A program made the position numbers and the translations under genes. From Macrostomum hystrix (taxonomy: Eukaryota > Animalia > Platyhelminthes), in contig CATNEN010000029.1 in NCBI GenBank assembly GCA_950097015.1, positions 5,952,001 through 6,016,000 on the forward strand: 64,000 nt of DNA, read 5' to 3'. Positions within the stretch are counted from its first letter, which is position 1. Every line of letters starts with the position of its first letter. Positions 23,494 through 35,149 of this stretch are shown in pieces. Below the pieces are notes generated by a model. The model made no database searches, was not told the DNA's origin, and saw only the letters and a program-made list of their open reading frames with translations.

Positions 23494-25096
23494 TACCTTT
23501 TTGCGTTCTATTTGGGCTTTCTTGCGAGCCATTTGGGCAGCGCAGGCAGTGGTGAGCGAGACGAAAGCAGGCACTCTGTGCCATAGACAAAGATTGCATT
23601 TGCTTCTGAATTCGGCAACCAATTTGGGCCTCTTTGCGAGCAATTTCGGCCATTTAAAAGCTACGCTATGAACGCAGAAGAACATGAGCCATACAGACAA
23701 ACAGACAAAGAGGTGAAAGCACCAATAGGAAAAATGTTAACTTGGGAAAACAATCAGACTGACTAAAAAGGAGTCAACATGATGATGTCAAAACGTCACT
23801 CGGTAATGTCAGCTGCCTCGAGGCAACGCTGCATGTAGGTCAGACTGTGGTTCACCCACTGTCGACACTTGAATGGCGTGATCTCGAATACAGCCGTGTC
23901 GATCAGTTGCTGCAGAATCCGCAGTCGTTGCTGATGTAGCGTGCTTCCCGCTGCGGCTGCTGCGTCTCGGTTACCGGCTTGGCGTTGAATGTCCGGTTGT
24001 GACAAGCTGCGCTTCAGAGCAGCTTTCAGGCAGGAGCCAGCTCGCTCAGCTGCGTTCAGGAACGGCGAGTATGGCGGTAGAAAACGATGATTGTGTCCTT
24101 CACGCATTCCTGGCACGTTTGTGTGAGCGCGGGCACCGTCCGTGAGAAGGACAAACTCTTCATCCAATAGCTCGTCTAATTCAGACAGAAAGGCTACAAA
24201 ATTCTCGTTCTTGAAGCCGCCGACAACTGTCGTGTAGTGCGCGAGGCCATGCACAGACGAGATTGCCAAGCAGATTGTCAGATTCTGACCACGTTGGTCA
24301 TTCACAACTGACACAGCTCGCTGTCCGCGCCGCGCCCAACCTTGGCTGCGTGACGTCCACAAGTTGACGCCGAACTCGTCGAGCCAGATCGTATGCTGCT
24401 GCACTCCCTCAGTCAGCATCCATTCTGCATGCATGCGCCGAGCCTCCTTAGTCACGGGCTCGTTCCACTCTACCGGATTGACCCTTGCCAACTTTAGCGT
24501 GACGAGACGACCATCCAACGCCCGACTGATGGCCGATTGCGATATAATGGCGACGTCGGGAAAACTATGCTGTAGGCGCAGCTGCATCTGATTCAGCGTC
24601 GCTGTCGGGTGCGATCCCAGGAAGTCGACGATCTCCTCAATCATTCCTTCCGTCAGTCGACGCCTCTTGTCGCCACCCTTTGGAAGTGGGGCTGCTCGGT
24701 CATGCGCAATAAAATTGCAGACGATGTTGGCTGCTGTCTGACGCTTGATGCTAAGCATGCGCGCTAGGTGTCGCCAGTCGGCATCATTCTGGTAGGCTCC
24801 AATCAGCCTCTGTCTGTCAACAGCCGATATGCGCGAGTAATGACCGCGAGGCGGCATCGCGTTCAGAGTATGCTTATGTTGCTGACTGTTGTGACTTCTA
24901 TGACTGCTGCCCCTGTTTTTTATCTCTGACTGCCACCACTGGCCGAAATTGCTCGCAAAGAGCCCAAATTGGTTGCCGAATTCAGAAGCAAATGCAATCT
25001 TTGTCTATGGCACAGAGTGCCTGCTTTCGTCTCGCTCACCACTGCCTGCGCTGCCCAAATGGCTCGCAAGAAAGCCCAATAGAACGCAAAAAGGTA
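23494..25096 (-). mobile_element. Complete IS630/Tc1-superfamily DNA transposon, about 1.6 kb, TIRs 159/157 bp, TA TSD within CTAG
   Basis: TIRs 23494-23652 and 24940-25096 differ only by two 1-nt indels. Flanks read c-TA-[element]-TA-g. Confidence 0.92.
23796..24857 (-). CDS. Intact 353-aa IS630/Tc1-like transposase, DD30E
   Basis: N-terminal HTH, GGDKRRRL linker, IWLDEFG (D1), LLTDGARAH (D2), LPPYSPFLNAAE (E). 30 residues counted between D2 and E. Confidence 0.92.
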   Translation of the reverse strand: MPPRGHYSRISAVDRQRLIGAYQNDADWRHLARMLSIKRQTAANIVCNFIAHDRAAPLPKGGDKRRRLTEGMIEEIVDFLGSHPTATLNQMQLRLQHSFPDVAIISQSAISRALDGRLVTLKLARVNPVEWNEPVTKEARRMHAEWMLTEGVQQHTIWLDEFGVNLWTSRSQGWARRGQRAVSVVNDQRGQNLTICLAISSVHGLAHYTTVVGGFKNENFVAFLSELDELLDEEFVLLTDGARAHTNVPGMREGHNHRFLPPYSPFLNAAERAGSCLKAALKRSLSQPDIQRQAGNRDAAAAAGSTLHQQRLRILQQLIDTAVFEITPFKCRQWVNHSLTYMQRCLEAADITE

Positions 25097-25299
25097 TAGT
25101 AGTGCTTGACTCATGACGGTGGATGTGTCTACCATGGCCTGCTTGGATGCCTTCGTGTGTAGCGAAGACACCAAGCTCACCGACATGTTTCGCATCTTGC
25201 AGTCTCTTCTAGAACCCAATTGTAAAATGCGCTCCACAGTTCGCGTCTGTCATCTTGCTCTCAACTACAAAAAATTTAAGTCAAGGCGGTGGATTTGTG

Positions 25300-26330
25300 T
25301 TTCGGTTAGCGGGATAAGAAGCTAGCGGGCTTTGGCTCCGGCTTTATTTGGTTGAGCTGAGTACAGATAATCTATGGGAAAGAGGGAAGGCTAGTATTGC
25401 TTCGTAGAATAAAGTAAGGTTGTCTATGTAAACAAAGGAAAGTTAGAGTCGTAACCAAATCCTAAATAAAAGTTCATTTGAGACTCTAAAGCCTATGCCC
25501 CTAACCAATTAACTAACTATACTCCTTACAGATTTCGGAGACTCTGTAACCTGCGTTGGATAATTAGGTAGTTCCTTTACAACTGTGGAGTGAATACAGT
25601 GGGTTTTAACTTCTTTCAGATTAGAAATATCACAGATAATTGTATTTCTTGGGCTCAGCCTTTAGCTTTGCCACACACTAGAGCTCTTGGCTTGTTAATC
25701 ATTTTATTTCTACTTCGGTTCACTCGCTTTGCCTCCCAGCGCAGGAGCTACTGTTCGCACGAGCATTTGTGCCATAAACTAGAGTCTAGCCTTTCTAATC
25801 TAAACTAGATTCTTATCGAAATTAGAATATGCGTACGCAAGAAGTCACAACACCTCTCACACTCCTCCCCGTTAAATGATGTTAAATGAAGCCTAGGAGG
25901 GAATTTCTGGTTGGTGGTATTGCAGTATCGCTGTGGAGCCTATCTTGTTCTCTGGCTCCGGCGAACAGCTTGGGTGCCCTCGACTGTCTTAGACTGCACT
26001 TCGTCTACATCCGGTTCAGCTGCGTCTCGGATGGTGTATTGTGTGCTCATCATCCGAGGCTTGACCTGCTCCAGGTGGTGGCGGCAGTGTCCACCTTCGC
26101 TCAGTTTGACATCCACGATCGCATTTTCTTCTCAGGAAATAACCTCCCCTGCCTTCCATTTGGCCACCTCATTGTTGTATGTCTTGACCCACACAGGCTC
26201 ACGGGACAGGGCAAACGCTAGCGGTGTCCGTAGAAGGGGACCCCGCATCAGCTCGGTCGGGGACTTGCCTGTCGACGCGTGCTTGGCATTTCTGTCTAGA
26301 ACATTCGATTCTTTTTCTAGAACAGCTCCG
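25300..26330 (-). mobile_element. Ty3/gypsy 3' fragment: integrase C-terminus, PPT and probable 3' LTR
   Basis: Minus strand reads RNAKHASTGKSPTELMRGPLLRTPL, EPVWVKTYNNEVAKWKAGEVIS*, CRHHLEQVKPR and RRSQRTR*APQRY. The purine tract GGGGAGGAG (25870-25862) is followed by TGTGAG at 25861. The LTR end is not located precisely. Confidence 0.75.
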
Positions 26331-26959
26331 TCCAGAGGGACTCAGCAGAAACACAAGTTGTGGATCCAACATTCAAAACAGCAAAGAAAGCGTCAAAATT
26401 GAAGTCTTCTAGGCCTTCATATTGTTGCTCGTATTATAGCATTTTACAAGAGACTACGAGCAAGCCATTTAATCCAAGAAAGCCAAAGCACATGCATTTT
26501 CAGCCTCACTGCTAGTTGTCAAACAAGCAGGAAATTTAATCCTTGGAGCACTCATTTAAAAACTACCTTGCTCGGCATTTCCATTTTTTGATGCATGCCT
26601 CCGAAAAAAGCTGCCAGGAAGCTCCACATCATAAAATTGCGATGTAGAACAAGGTTCAGCAGATATCAACAAGTTTACTTTACGAAACCTGCATATAAAG
26701 TCAAGAGAGGATTTTTTCAGTGCAGCACACCTTCCATCTTCCATCTTCGACGAATGGTCACCACGTCGCAGCCGTTCAGTCCGGCCAGTAATTTCGTACC
26801 GTCTTCGAAGCTCGCAATGGTCCTGCAGTAAGCTGTAGCTGTAGTAAGCTGTTGACAGGTGGCTGAAACGAGTGATGTCCACTCCAGTGGTTAGCGTTCC
26901 GGAAATATTAGTTGCAGCAGCAAGGAGAGTGTTAAATTTTTTGTCTTTTAGTGATTTTC

Positions 26960-29480
26960 ATGGCGTCCCATCCATGTCATTGGATGACTCCTTGACTACG
27001 GGGAAATGCGGAAGTACGTGCACTATGGACCCTCAAGGGGTACCACTGACAACCTCGATGACACCTTCCTTTTTTCTTCTATCAAATTCAACGTAGTACT
27101 GTTCCCGTTCGACGAGTGTCAGTTTGCGACGGGGAGCTTGCGCTCGACCGAATGCTCGTCCAAAGCCGAAATCCAAAGCCGATTGGTGGGTTTTCCTTCT
27201 GAAGGTCGACTGGTTCCGTGTCCTTCTGTAGACCAAGGATCTTGAGACTGGTCATCCGATCGACCAATAGCTTTAAGTTCGTAGGACGCGTGTTTCGGAG
27301 CAAGGTGTTAGCGGTGACACGAGTGCTGCTATTGGGATAGTCGCAGTCTCCTAGCGTGCCTCTTAGTATTGTGCCGAACGGGGTGAGGTGCGCGGTGAGT
27401 CTTAGGCGCAACGGGATCGCATCGATGCTGGGGTCGATTAGTAGCTGGGCGTAGTCGTTGGTCGCTAGCAGGCGGTGTCTTGGTGATGCAGTATGGAACA
27501 TGAGCGAGACTAGCTTGGATATTATGGGGCAGCTTCATTGCCGGCACTTGGATGTCCTCTAGAGCGATTTTCTCCACGCAGAGTACCCTAAGAAGCATCC
27601 GGCGGCCGTCGGCTTGGGCGAGTTCGAGACAGACTATACTGGTATGTGTAGCCGCAACCTCCATCGATGAGGGCTTTTACCTTGACTAATTTTCCATTGT
27701 TGGGGTTGATGGCAGATGTTGAAAAGGTGGCCATGATTGTTGGGCTCAGCTGTTGGTCTTGCGCCGAGGAGATACATCAGACAGCGTCGACAGCGTTGAG
27801 GCAGTTGCGTTTATGTCTGATGCATTAAGATGCGAATTCGTTTTTGGCTTTCGTGGAGGTCTGGTGCCGGTCCTGTGAGCTGTCTTGTCTCCAGTGCTTT
27901 GGCACCATGCAAGGAAGTGTAGTGTTTGGCTTCGCAAGCGCGGCAACAAAAACGCGATGCACAATTGCGGACTTCGTGTGCTCCCAGGCAGTTGAAACAA
28001 AGCTTTTTGTGACTTCCAGTCGCTTATCTGGCTTTGTCAAGTGATCACAATGATGAGCGGAGTGACCATTAACTGTATTTATAGAAAATACAGTTGGCCG
28101 TGCGTGAGCGAGATGGTGCATTGTTGTTATCACGGGTTGGAAGATACCGCTGATGTCCAGAATTGCGTCGTTCCGGTGGAAACTTCCTTGTTAGTTCCTT
28201 TGTACGGCAGGTTGTGTTGATGAAACTCGCGACGGCGAATGGGTCGGCCGTCGGCTCAGCTGTTGCAAATAAAGCTTTCAATTTGGTGTCAAGGTGAATT
28301 TGTAGCTCAGACATTGTAGGCATGGGCGTCTTGGATTCTTTGATGCGCGACTCTTAATTGTATATCAGTCCGTAGAGCGCTTAGTAACTTGGGCCAAGGC
28401 GGGGGGGTCGGTGGCAGAGCGGTTAACGCGTTTGCCTCTCGCACCACGGTCCCTAAGTTCGATTCCACGGCGAGGCCACATTTATTTTGGGTGCAGCCGC
28501 GGAGAGAAGGCTTGAGGGCTTGTCGTGTAATTTACTCCCTTGAGGGCCAACCTCCAAGGCACAGTGGAATGTATACTGCCTGATGATGAGAAAGTCAGGG
28601 CAGATGTACACAAGGCAGATATTATTATTATTGGGCCAAGGCGAAAGTGTATGCGTCAATTGCGGCTGTCGGCTCGTTGAGGCCGACGGCTGACTAAGTT
28701 GGCCGACTGTGAGACGAAGGAGCGTCTGTGAAGTCCTCGAAGCTCTTATAGTACATGTTAAGTAGGCGTGGCATGGCAAGGAGGCGACGGTAGCAGGTCT
28801 TTTCTGCTCTTCTAGGTCGCCGTAATTGAACTAAAGAATTCGACGGGCCTCACTGTACGCACCGGGCTAGCATGGGTCCAGTCCACCGAGTTTCTTGAGC
28901 GCCGCGCCGGTAAGAAGACCACGCAAAGGTCTCAAATTTGTTTACGTCTGAGTATTTCGTATTGTCGACACGAAAGTTAAATAAACTCTACGAGGGACAT
29001 CCCAAAAGTTTCCGGAATTAGTTCATAACTTTTGAACAGTAAGAGCAAACAGCAAATTTCAGGTAAAGTTGCTCGCTTGGCAAGTAGGATAAAGAGAACA
29101 GCGAAAATCAACATTAATTTTGTTAAACAACAGTGCGAAGTAATTTCGTACTTCGGGCAGATTGATTGCCTAGGGCTTGTCCATAGACAAATTCCGGAAA
29201 CTTTTGGGATGCCGCTCGTAGAATGCCGGGAAGTCGGCAGGGTCACTACCGTCAAATTTCTGAAGTTGGACATTGTGGAGGATTTTGTCACCCAATAAGT
29301 TGGAGCTTGCGGTCAGTTGAGATGCAACGGTAGGTTCAGGTGCTTGGTACGCTTGAGCTTGAGCTTGAACTTGCAACAGAATTTGCTGATTCTTCTGCAT
29401 TATTTGCATTAGGCTGAAGAGCTGCTGCATGAGAGCAGTGCTGCCGGCGCTGCTGTATCGTGCTCAGACCGTGCTGATTG
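26960..29480 (-). mobile_element. Degenerate BEL/Pao gag-protease-(RT start) copy
   Basis: ILHNVQLQKFDGSDPADFPAF (Pao gag DUF1759-like), knuckle remnants, a protease region parallel to 42422-43585, then YYVEFDRRKKEGVIEVV and VLPHFPVVK (start of Pao RT). Many frameshifts. Confidence 0.85.
28402..28630 (+). mobile_element. SINE family 1 (short form) inserted in Pao gag with a 13-bp TSD
   Basis: TSD ttgggccaaggcg at 28389-28401 and 28631-28643, an (ATT)n tail, A-box GTGGCAGAGCGG and B-box GTTCGATTCC. The paralogous Pao copy shows the empty site (cttgggccacaaggcgaaag at about 43875). Confidence 0.92.
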
Positions 29481-29768
29481 CACGCAACGGCTGGACCTTG
29501 AATTCCAGATTGCATATTATTGGAGCCAGAGTGCGACTTTGCTGTGTTGCAGTAGCTGACGGGATTGTGGACTCGTTTTCTACTTCGTTTTCCGAATGAA
29601 AGGTCTGGTTGCCGGGTTCGAGTTCGATGCGAGAAAAGTGCGTTGGACGCTTGTCGCGTAAAATGCCTACGGTCAAGTAAAGACAAGTTCAAGTTCAAGC
29701 CGACGACTGATTGCCTGCGTTGTCACAGCAGGAGCAGCAGGAAAGTCTGGAACAAGCTTTTGCTGCAT

Positions 29769-30030
29769 TTATTTGAGGGTCACAGTCGGCTTCTCTTCCA
29801 CATACCTTGTCAACGCATCGAGAATGCCCTCAGAAAATTGTAGTCTCACTGCACATCCACGCGCATTAAGATCAATCCTAACCTCTTCAACATATCTCCT
29901 GATGATATCATTGGCAGTTGTTCTCTTGATATCCAGTTCAAATGCGAGTTGTCTCCAGTCGCGTCCCTGTTGGAAACATCGCACGAGTCTAGAGCGATCC
30001 ACAGACGAAATTTTCGTGTAGGAAATTTCT
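29769..30030 (-). pseudogene. IS630/Tc1-like transposase N-terminal fragment
   Basis: DRSRLVRCFQQGRDWRQLAFELDIKRTTANDII aligns with DRQRLIGAYQNDADWRHLARMLSIKRQTAANIV of the intact copy. Confidence 0.75.
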
Positions 30031-31099
30031 AATGACGATTAAGGGATGAAAATTTCATGAATCTGGGCTAGATTTCCACAGACAAAAATCACTCCATTTT
30101 TACTTAAATTTACCATTGCCAATATATTTTTTACCATAAACAAAGCAAAGATATTTTCTGACCAGACTGTATTTGAACTGACGAATTTCACTTAGCTTAC
30201 GGAATTTTGAAATTTCGAACTCACTTTCTGAGCCAGCCGGCCTTTGACTACTGGCCGCGGCTGCCGAGTCACTGTAATTAATTTGCTATGGCTGACAACT
30301 TTGAACTCACTTTTGACGAATTCGAAATTGAAAAGGTATATTAGAACATTGGAACATTTAATAATTTTTCACTTAGCCTTAAAAATTCTCACTCTTATTA
30401 GGGGTGGCCACTGATACTAGTATATTTACTACTACGAGATAGGTAGGCCACTCAAACTAATTTTAGTTAAATGTTTTTATACTACTTTCGGTTCAGTAGA
30501 AATATAAACATTTCAACGTATTTTCTTTCTGCTACATGAACTTTTTATGTGGCTTCGAAATGTTAATATTTTTGTAAGACACAATAAGACGTAGAATAAA
30601 AATGTTCCCTCGACTCTGCGCAGCAACTGCAGAGTAAGGCGACACGGCCCTAAAGTAGGAAAACTGGCGGATGCGCCTCTTCAGCGACGTCTCTGATGGA
30701 AGAGCCGACCACCACTGGTTCCGTAGCAGCCGATAGGGAGCAGGACTCTTATGGTGCAGCTGCGATAAAGCCTTGGGCCAACGCATCCCACGGCTGCGAG
30801 TTATTGTTTGATTGCTGGAAGCTGCACCAGCCACCTCTGCACGGATGCACGACGGCCTTGCAGCCGATTTGATGCTCAAAAGTTTTTGCTGCAGCCTCTT
30901 GATCGTCGCACCTCGTGCTACTGTTTGGCTGAGAGGTGAGAGTTCTCAGCTGCGAAAACTGTGCTCCTTGGTCGGCTCAGCTCAAAAGCAGGTAGTCGCT
31001 AATCGCCCCAGAACCAATTAGACCGATTAGTCTTGGAATGAAATTATCATATTTTGTCTCCGCAGAAAAAATAGCAGAATAGCACATTACCAGTTCCCT

Positions 31100-32001
31100 C
31101 GGAGCACCGTAGATTCTGGCTTGCTTAGGCACGAACTTCTTGGCTTTGATTCGTTGTTGGAAGAATTGGCAGCTCCAAAATTGGCAGCATGGCCTTCCCC
31201 ATCCATCTCATCTACCTACAAATCCCTTTTGCGTAGATTTTTCAGGTGCTCCTGCCCGCGTTCGCCTAACACATAGAGGAATGTGAATACTTCGTCCTGT
31301 AATCTTTCTCCGGTGCTACGATTAAAATGCTCATAACGCTTACGAAGATCGATAGGTTCGTAGTGCTTGACGAATCCTCCAGCTTGGTGGAACTCACGAA
31401 CTTTGATACGGAGCATTCGATTAGCAGTATTGAAGTCGGGGCTAGGAACTAGATCTACGTCACGACGAACAACATAATGAAAGAAACGTTGAATTCCAGC
31501 TCTAATGAACACACCAGGTTGGCGGCGGAATACAACTCACCGTTTGAGTTCTTAAATCGGAAATAGTACAAGCGCAAATACGCATTAAGTTGTTTGTACT
31601 TAATTTCCATATTTTACTTATCATAATCATAATTATACTTCCATAGTAGCTAAGCTGTCTAGTGGCTGACCAAGGCACTCCATAAAATCGGTGAAGCTCT
31701 TCCCATGCTACTTCATCTGGTCTCTTGATGTATTAGTTAGAGATTGCAGTTCAACTTCATCCATGTCTTCGGATCGTTTTTGGTGGGCAAGAGAACCTAA
31801 CACTGACTCTTCGTCTGGTAAATTGACATCAAGAACTGTGTCGTCAGTTTCAGTTTTGCTCGGATCGGTGATGAAATCAATAAATGATCTAAGATCATCC
31901 TCATGACTGTGATCCTTGAAGCTCAAATAAGTTAATAGCCGTAGCTCTTCAGATGTTACGTCGTCCAGTGAATCGACTGGCAAGTTTTTGCAATTAATCA
32001 T
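31100..32001 (-). pseudogene. Crypton-type tyrosine recombinase pseudogene (copy Y: N-terminal exon plus core)
   Basis: NTSRDQMK*HGKSFTDFME, then LNAYLRLYYFRFKNSNGELYSAANLVFIRAGIQRFF...DFNTANRML...KHYEPIDL...LQDEVF..LYVLGERGQEHLKNL, and KQARIYGAP. This is the CryptonA/DUF3504-like pattern; stops are present. Confidence 0.75.
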
Positions 32002-32327
32002 TATCTTTCAGCTTTATTTATATAAGAAATCAGAAAACTGAAGCACCCTCTAACTGATGGATCTCTTCCTTCACCCTATTGGCTTCTTTGCCTATCGCTC
32101 AAATTCTACTTCATTTCACTCATTTTTCATCTATCATTTCATCTATCACCCCCTCTTAGCTTCTTCGTATATAGCACAATTTCACTTCATTTCGCCTTAT
32201 TTACATCTATAGATATTTGCATTGCTTCACATATAGCAATATGGCTGCTGACTCGATCACAGACAATTGTGAGCGTAAATTTATTTAACAAAGCAAGGGT
32301 AAAATATTAATCGCGACAACAGCTTGT

Positions 32328-32813
32328 TTAGAGTTTTTTGTTCAAAACAGTAAGTTTGAATTTTCGATGCCGGTGAATCATCACTTGGAAAAAAGTAAAA
32401 GGGCAGCTCTCGAACTTGCACTCTGTGAATATCGATCCCACGCAACCCGTGACACCGATTGATCGATTGTATATCGATTGAATTGCTGCCGGCGTAGCAA
32501 CCGCACGTTCAAGTGATTCGCCGTAGGTAGGCTCAATTGCCGATGCTGAAGTTGAAGACGGACCAGCACTGCTTGCAGACTTCACGAGAGCCTTGCCGAT
32601 GGACGATGACGCCTCCCGTACGACATTGTCACGTTTCCGTGATAGGTAGCGTCGCACAGTTGCTTCGTTTTGCTGCCCAGTAATGCACATTATGTCACTA
32701 AGTACAAAACTAGAGTCCTTCATGTCAGCAATTCGGGTCACTCGAATACAATAATTAGTATAGGTCCTCGACAGGACACTTTGCTCAGTCTTTGCATAAT
32801 TGAGCCGAGCCAA
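32328..32813 (-). pseudogene. Crypton-type recombinase C-terminal catalytic segment (copy X), HxxR and second His mutated
   Basis: LSRTYTNYCIRVT...IMCITGQQNEATVRRY compared with the consensus LS..YTNHC.R.T...I...TGH.S..S...Y. Confidence 0.75.
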
Positions 32814-33073
32814 TTGATGAATGTTTGTTGAATTTTCATTCCAATATATTGGCGCTAAATATTAGGAGAAAAAGCCGCTGGAAACAGTAAGAAAGGACTT
32901 GTGAAAATAGACTTACAGTTTTATCAAGTAATAAAAACTTAGGAATAACCGAGTGGCGTGCGAAAGAAGTAAGACCTATACGAGCGTATGGGGGGCAAAA
33001 TAATGAAAATACTAATAATGAAGTTTTTCTGCAAAGAGTCCCAATAATGATTTACTCATCTGAAGACAATGAA

Positions 33074-34319
33074 TCAGCAGAGTCGGAGTCTGTGTCGTCT
33101 AAGTTCGACGCCACTCGGTTTCCTTCTGGCCAAAGCCTTGGCTGGTGGCGAGTGAATCCAATCGATCTTGTCAGTGGTCGCCTTTGCTCGCCTATTTGTC
33201 TTGATAGCGGGGGTGGTAACTGGCTTGGAACGCTTCTTCGTAGCAGGCTTCTTGGCTGGTGATGGGCTTCGAGCGGGTACACGAGCTTTCTGCTTGGCTG
33301 GGTCTGGTGAAGCAGCTCTGGATGAAGAAGAGCTTTTGAGTCCACCAATCGCAGTCTTGATATGCTGATACAGTACACTGAAAATACTGCTATCGGGAGT
33401 CGGACGGGCCTCCTTAATCAAAATTATTGATCGCACACACAAGGTTAACCTCCATGTGATGCTACCTTTCGGAGAGAAAAGGCGAGACTAGATATTTTCC
33501 ACTCAAACCCTTGAAGTTGGTCAGCGGAACTTCGACTCCGTCAGGATTTGCATCGTTCACCATGAAGGTGGCGCACGGGTATGCTGGCTTGATAGGGATC
33601 CACTGCTGCTGTCTATTATTCAGCACCTCTTCATCTGACAATGTCTTCGTTAGTCGTACTAACGTTCGTGCATCGCCAATTACACTCAGTTTAGCTTCGA
33701 GACCTCTTTCGATAACTCTGGATAAAAAGAGAGGATTAAAATCCAAGTTAGACGCTGCTTGAGTTTAGGAAAAATTTATTCACTAGATATAAAGCTGTAG
33801 CAATTTACAAAAATTTTATTCTATACACTTGTGCTGGTTGAATTGAAAGTAAATATTGGTTGTAGGGAGGACAAACTCAAGTTCCATTCTAAATGTATAA
33901 TTTTATTTTGTGTATTTAAGTCAGTTGTTTAGACTCTACAATTTGGTTATATGAACTATGAGGTAGGTTACTATTGACAAATACAAGTTGAGGAAATGTA
34001 AAACAAATAATTATACTCACCGAAGACAATCGACTAAATCCTGATAACAACACTCCTTTCTAAAAATTATGCCAATGACATCGCGTGAGTAATTCTTGCT
34101 AGCTGCGTCGTATTCCGGTCGCTCGGTGATGCCTCGCAGTAGCTCAACTGGTCCGGCGGACTGGAAGATGATGGGCTGCCAGCCCTTTGCCTCTGGAGCT
34201 GACTTCCAGCCCACCGATCGAAACAAATACGATCCGTTGACTGTCGAGTCGATCTTGCCAATGTAGAAGATGGGTCTCATGTTAGACTTTAGCAGTGATT
34301 CGGCCACGAAGTAAGACAT
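33074..34319 (-). CDS. Orphan 3-exon gene, about 284 aa, with a basic Lys/Pro/Ser-rich C-terminal tail; function unknown
   Basis: Exons 34319-34021, 33717-33466 and 33377-33074. Both introns are GT-AG and phase 2, giving an uninterrupted 855-nt ORF. An acceptor with a CTAAT branch-like site lies 12 nt upstream of the ATG. No family recognised. Confidence 0.7.
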
Positions 34320-35149
34320 TCTTGCTGCTAGCTGGTATAGTGATTAGAAAGCCGAGGAGCTCATGAAAATACCAAAATTTTGAAACTTGTATTTTATGAT
34401 AGCATCATTTTATGATGCTTTTATGATAGAAATTTTATGATTAAATTAATTTGTTTACAAGTCAAACTCATTAAGGTAATTATAGTCAACTGTTGAAGCT
34501 CATCTGCTGATAGCAACTGCACGATGCTTTTTATGTGGATACGAATTTAATTTGCTACGTGCAGGTTAAAATGTAATTTGAGTCAACAATTGGAAGCAGT
34601 TTTGTTTGAATATTTGACGGCACGTAGCAATGATAAGATTCGATTGCATAAGTAGAGCTTTTATTATTGAATTTCGACATTCCGTAAACATCACAAGTGA
34701 ATTTTTTTAATGAAAAGTAGATAAAATTTGTCCCTAGATTTTCATGAATTAGAAGGCTTAATTAAATACACGTACTGCCTTAAAGAAGCTTGTGGGTTTT
34801 CAGTAACATAGTTAAATTATGTTTTAGTAAGTTAGCGAGGACGATGTGTGGGAACTTAAAAAGGAACTTAAATAAAATAAGATTTAAAGGGAGAAGCTTC
34901 AAATAAAACTGATTCAACATGTCTATTTCAGATTGTTAGCGTGTCTCTGAATTCTTGGCTGGACACTAAATGAGCAGTTAGTTGGACTTGGAATTTTTTA
35001 AACAACATGCCAAGGTTAGAGATAGAGATAGAGAAAGAGAGAGACTTTGACTTAAAAATCCATCGTGCGAGTTAGGCATTTGGATGTATAGGCATTTTCC
35101 TATGTGGTACTGCCTATGTATTTCGCCATAAGAAAAACGTGTTTGTCTC

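Noticed and set aside
28578-28600. Hammerhead ribozyme in SINE family 1 (ctgatgatgagaaag), by analogy to schistosome SINEs
   Set aside because: Only 3 nt separate CUGAUGA and GAAA, so stem II cannot form; the segment reads better as a simple cctga/tcagg hairpin, and other copies have ctgacga or ctaacga.
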